IMG/VR virus record: IMGVR_UViG_3300045988_003495 | DNA: 64,000 bases | Source of the DNA: a virus | Lineage: Duplodnaviria; Heunggongvirae; Uroviricota; Caudoviricetes | Strand: one strand, 5' to 3' | Shown here: piece by piece, positions 52,280 through 64,000 of the stretch | Numbering within the stretch: the first letter of the stretch is position 1 | How the letters are laid out: every line of letters starts with the position of its first letter | Program-made: the position numbers and the translations under genes | Notes under the pieces: generated by a model | Told to the model about the DNA's origin: nothing | Databases searched by the model: none | The model's input: only the letters and a program-made list of their open reading frames with translations

Positions 52280-52678
52280 ATGAAAACAGAATCTAGAGTA
52301 ATTAACGGCAAGAAAGTAAATATCGTTCTGCTTGGGGCAAGAGATGGTATTAAGATGTCTATGAAGTTGGGTAAAATTGTTGTTCCAACTTTTGCACAGA
52401 TGCTATCAAGTCTGACTGACAAGGGTAAGAAAGAAGCTCCAACGGTTCCATTTAAAGAACTTGTTGAAGCTTGTTTTGACAGAATTGAAGAAATTAACCT
52501 TGAAGAAATGGCTACCCTGTTATTTCAAGGGGCAACTGTTGATGACTTCCCACTTAATATTGATACGTACTTCCAAGCAAACTATGGTGAATTTATTGAT
52601 TACTTAGCATTTGCGCTGGAGGCAAACTTCGGAAGTTTTTTCGAAGCAAGCATTTTCAAAAGCCTAACTTCTCAGTAA
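52280..52678 (+). CDS. tail assembly chaperone (G-like)
   Basis: 132 aa ORF just upstream of tape measure; contains slippery heptamer near its 3' end. Confidence 0.5.
   Translation: MKTESRVINGKKVNIVLLGARDGIKMSMKLGKIVVPTFAQMLSSLTDKGKKEAPTVPFKELVEACFDRIEEINLEEMATLLFQGATVDDFPLNIDTYFQANYGEFIDYLAFALEANFGSFFEASIFKSLTSQ
52636..52642 (+). other. candidate -1 programmed frameshift site (slippery heptamer T_TTT_TTC)
   Basis: Heptamer is in X_XXY_YYZ phase with ORF 52280-52678; the -1 frame from 52642 runs without a stop into ATG 52681 and the 52681-52920 ORF. Confidence 0.5.
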
Positions 52679-52680
52679 AC

Positions 52681-52919
52681 ATGGGTAACACTCTACAGAC
52701 ACCACTAACTGATGCTGCTGTAGAGGCAACCTATGAAGAAGCAGACGAGATGAAATTTGTGCTTGCTATTTATGGTATGGAAGGGTGTAAAGAAACACTT
52801 GACCAACTCTTTGCTATGACATTCTCTGATTTATTATCATTGAGACAATTTCTTGAAATTCAGAGGTCGTATAAAGAGGAAATTGCTTACAACGAACTTA
52901 GAAGAGCAGGAAAAATGTA

Positions 52920-52920
<1 letters not shown>
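52681..52920 (+). CDS. tail assembly chaperone extension (GT-like; possibly made only as frameshift fusion)
   Basis: 79 aa ORF in the -1 frame relative to 52280-52678, ending by ATG-overlap with the tape measure start. Confidence 0.4.
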
Positions 52921-60915
<7,995 letters not shown>

Positions 60916-60917
60916 TA

Positions 60918-62090
60918 ATGGCAGTAGGTGAAATTCAAATTAGTGCCTTGCCTCAAGCAGCCTTACCAATTGACCTTAGTGATATCTTCCATCTTAAGCA
61001 GGGTATTGAGGATAAGAGGTGTACTCTTGAGCAATTACTTGCTCCACACTCAAGCCTAAGAAATAACCCACATGGTGTTACTAAAACACAAATTGGTTTA
61101 GATAACGTTATCAATGCTCTTCAGTTAGTTGCTGCAAATAACTTATCAGATATTGTTAATGTAGCTGAGGCAAGAGCAAATCTACAGATTATGTCTTCAG
61201 AAGAGGTTAATAATCTTGTCCAACAACATATCAAAGACAAGAGTAACCCACACAATACAACTAAGGCACAGGTAGGGTTGAGTAATGTCCAGAACTGGAC
61301 AACATCTAACCTTTATAACGAAGATGCAGATAAGTACGCTACAGCAAGAGCAGTAAATAACTTGTACAAGGCTGTTCAGGCTTCTTATCCAGTTGGCACT
61401 ATCCATCTTTCTATGAACTCTGCAAACCCCTCTACATATTTAATTTGTGGAGGTACTTGGGAGTTAGTTTCAAAAGGTAGGGCATTGGTTGGTTATGACT
61501 CTGACACAAGACCAGCAGGTTCTGTATTTGGTGCTCCAACTGTTACTTTGTCAGTTAATAACATGCCTCAACATTCACACTCCGTGTCTCTTAGTGGTGG
61601 TGGACATACCCACAACGCCACTGTGTCAATTTCAGCTTTTGACTATGGAACTAAGGCTACCAACTCTTTTGACTATGGAACAAAAGAGACTAATACAACA
61701 GGTAACCATACACACAACGTATCAGGTAATACAAGCACAAATGGCACTCACAACCATGATGTGTACCCTAGAGAAAATGATGGTACTGGTAATGCTGTAG
61801 CTGACTCTGATGGTGGTGGTGCATGGAGAACATCAAGGACATCCAGTGACGGTGCACACTCACACAGTTTTAGCGTTACATCTGGTGCATCTGGTAACCA
61901 CAGCCACGCAGTTGGTATTGGTGCTCACAGCCACACAGTCGGTATTGGTTCACATACACATAGTGGCACTGTGGTAGTTTCTTCTTCTGAGCATACACAT
62001 AGTGGCAATACAAATAGTGTTGGTGGAGGTCAGGCGGTTAGTATTGAGCAGCCATCCTTCGTCCTGTATGTATGGCAGAGAACAGCTTAA
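60918..62090 (+). CDS. tail fibre protein with His-rich (HxH) repeats
   Basis: 390 aa; C-terminal half rich in GHTHN, GNHTHN, GTHNHD, GAHSHS, GNHSHA, GAHSHT, GSHTHS, EHTHS motifs and Gly/Ser/Thr. Confidence 0.6.
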   Translation: MAVGEIQISALPQAALPIDLSDIFHLKQGIEDKRCTLEQLLAPHSSLRNNPHGVTKTQIGLDNVINALQLVAANNLSDIVNVAEARANLQIMSSEEVNNLVQQHIKDKSNPHNTTKAQVGLSNVQNWTTSNLYNEDADKYATARAVNNLYKAVQASYPVGTIHLSMNSANPSTYLICGGTWELVSKGRALVGYDSDTRPAGSVFGAPTVTLSVNNMPQHSHSVSLSGGGHTHNATVSISAFDYGTKATNSFDYGTKETNTTGNHTHNVSGNTSTNGTHNHDVYPRENDGTGNAVADSDGGGAWRTSRTSSDGAHSHSFSVTSGASGNHSHAVGIGAHSHTVGIGSHTHSGTVVVSSSEHTHSGNTNSVGGGQAVSIEQPSFVLYVWQRTA

Positions 62091-62100
62091 TTTCTTTACA

Positions 62101-62121
62101 GGGGCTTGAAAGCCCCTTTTT
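62101..62121 (+). terminator. intrinsic terminator
   Basis: ggggcttgaaagcccc followed by ttttt. Confidence 0.6.
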
Positions 62122-62136
62122 AGAGGAAAATTTATA

Positions 62137-64000
62137 ATGGCAGATTACAAGTTGAGTGAACTAAACTCAATCGATACAATCCGTTCAGATGACCTTCTTC
62201 ATGTCAGAGTTAAAAAGAGACCTGAAATGCTTGGCGATGAAGACCGTCGAATGACCTATCAAGATTTCTTAGCATCTTTTAAACTAGAAAGATTTGTTCA
62301 GATTGCTGGTAGCACTATGACGGGTGACTTAGGAATTGTTAAGCTACTTTACGGTGGCAAGGCTGTATTCGACCCTACAGGCTCTTCTGAGATTACTGTT
62401 GGGAATGTTTTAAAGACTTTTAAAATCAACGCAAAAGGCCTTAAACTAACTATTGCAGACGCTTCAAGGTCGGCAACTGTTTATCATACTTTGAATAAGC
62501 CAAGCCCTAATGAACTTGGGATGAGAACTAATGAAGAGAATGACGCAAGGTATGCAAGACTAGCCGTGAATAATACCTTTAGAGGTACTCAAGCTATCCT
62601 CTCTGACAATGAAGCGCTCATTATTAAAAATATCACTCAAGGTGCTCCACTCTATCTTCGTGGTCAAGATGCAGATGGTACTAACAGATGGTATCTAGGT
62701 AATGATAATAGGGGTACAAATAATCTTGTATTGAAGAATGTAAAGTCTGACGTTTCAATTGCTATTTTAGAGAATTTGGTGACAGTCAACAGAACTCTTC
62801 AAATTGCTGGCCAAGTTCAGCCTTCAAGTTTTGCTAACTTAGATGCTAGGTATTTTACCCAGACAGCAGCTAATCAGAGATTTGCGCAGTTAGCTGGTAA
62901 TAACACTTTTACTGGTACTAACACTTTCTCTAATTTTGTTGCTAAGAAGAATGCTGAAGCCATCACTCTGCAAAATGTGGACACTGCTCCCTCTTTATAT
63001 ATCCGAGCAAGAAAGTCAGATGGGAATTATAAGTGGTACATTGGTAATGACGGTGATGAGAACATTTTAAAAATCTATAACTATCTAACAAAAACACAAG
63101 TCTCACTAGGTAACACTATTGCCATGAGCAAAACAGTTCAAATTGATGGTCAAGTACAACCTTCTGATTGGACTAACATTGATTCTAGATATATTCCGGC
63201 AGCCACTTTGAGTAATCTCCCTAAACTTAATGTTGCTAATACTTTCACAAATGTGCAGACTATTGTATCAGATAATGAAGGTCTAGTATTAAGGAGCTTA
63301 ACACAGGGACAGCCACAATATATCCGTGGTGTTGATACTGCGAATGTATCTAGGTGGTGGCTGGGCGTAGGAACTGCTAATTCTAACGTGGTAACCTTGA
63401 GCAACAGCTTTTCAGGCACTCAAATTTCCCTAGAGCCAACATTGGTTAGTATGAATAAGAATCTGTATATTAATGGGCAGGTTCAACCACAAAATTGGTC
63501 TAACTTAGATGCTAGATACTTTGTTAAGACTCAGTTATTAAATCAATCTTTGATGACTGCATCTGTAGATAATCTTGGACACCCTTCAGCATTTAATCTT
63601 GGGTATTCAGGTTTTGTCAGAAACAATGCGGTTACTAGTGGACTGAAAGAATTGGCAATTCATGTTGCTCACTCTAATAAGACTGCTGCACATGCAAGAG
63701 GAATCTCTTTTGTGTATGGCTCAAATGGACTGGCAACATTTACCTATGCCTATGACAAAAATGGTGACTATGCCGGAGAAGCACAGATTTATACAACTGA
63801 TTTTAAACCAACTCCTTCAGATATTGGTGCATACACTAAAGCTGAAACTGACCAGAAGATTGCACAGGCAGTAAGTGACTCTACAGACCTTAACAAAATC
63901 TATCCAGTAGGTATTGTAACGTGGTTTAACAGTAACGTTAACCCTAATACAGCACTTCCTGGGCTAACTTGGACGTACCTGAACAATGGTGTTGGCAGAA
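62137..64000 (+). CDS. tail fibre / receptor-binding protein with internal repeat modules (3' partial)
   Basis: Open frame from ATG 62137 to the window edge (not in the ORF track because no stop is reached); repeated modules each ending in GQVQP(S/Q).W(T/S)N(I/L)D(S/A)RY(I/F). Confidence 0.55.
   Translation, partial: MADYKLSELNSIDTIRSDDLLHVRVKKRPEMLGDEDRRMTYQDFLASFKLERFVQIAGSTMTGDLGIVKLLYGGKAVFDPTGSSEITVGNVLKTFKINAKGLKLTIADASRSATVYHTLNKPSPNELGMRTNEENDARYARLAVNNTFRGTQAILSDNEALIIKNITQGAPLYLRGQDADGTNRWYLGNDNRGTNNLVLKNVKSDVSIAILENLVTVNRTLQIAGQVQPSSFANLDARYFTQTAANQRFAQLAGNNTFTGTNTFSNFVAKKNAEAITLQNVDTAPSLYIRARKSDGNYKWYIGNDGDENILKIYNYLTKTQVSLGNTIAMSKTVQIDGQVQPSDWTNIDSRYIPAATLSNLPKLNVANTFTNVQTIVSDNEGLVLRSLTQGQPQYIRGVDTANVSRWWLGVGTANSNVVTLSNSFSGTQISLEPTLVSMNKNLYINGQVQPQNWSNLDARYFVKTQLLNQSLMTASVDNLGHPSAFNLGYSGFVRNNAVTSGLKELAIHVAHSNKTAAHARGISFVYGSNGLATFTYAYDKNGDYAGEAQIYTTDFKPTPSDIGAYTKAETDQKIAQAVSDSTDLNKIYPVGIVTWFNSNVNPNTALPGLTWTYLNNGVGR

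Noticed and set aside
63150-63874. Track ORFs 63150-63419 (minus) and 63662-63874 (plus)
   Set aside because: They lie inside or antisense to the long open tail-fibre frame starting at 62137.

Overview
This window looks like a contiguous piece of a large virulent tailed-phage genome, AT-rich by eye, with an organisation resembling Felix O1-like myoviruses (family assignment is inference from gene content and order, not a search). From left to right: (1) a plus-strand nucleotide/NAD metabolism module (glutaredoxin-like redoxin, anaerobic ribonucleotide reductase NrdD plus activase NrdG, a Prs-like and a NadV-like gene, rIIA/rIIB-like genes) interrupted by free-standing HNH endonuclease genes; (2) a macro-domain gene followed by an iteron-like repeat region; (3) about 14 small early genes, each behind a conserved promoter/hairpin/RBS cassette; (4) a roughly 1.56 kb repeat-dense region with no ORF of 60 aa or more, bracketed by convergent terminators; (5) a minus-strand block of about 18 genes including a T4-type lysozyme; (6) a vWA-domain protein followed by a cluster of about 27 tRNA genes, which also contains an HNH gene, a family of AGACC/GGTCT stem-loops and one circularly permuted tRNA-like module; (7) a plus-strand structural module from large terminase through tape measure, baseplate and His-rich tail fibres, with a -1 frameshift site in the tail chaperone pair. 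The most interesting candidates are the Prs-like/NadV-like pair (possible NAD+ reconstitution counter-defence), the macro-domain protein, the possible Ro60-like protein with a permuted tRNA-like RNA, and the large non-coding repeat region. All calls are from reading the sequence and ORF track by eye; no database search or folding program was run, and all tRNA anticodons were assigned by manual folding.
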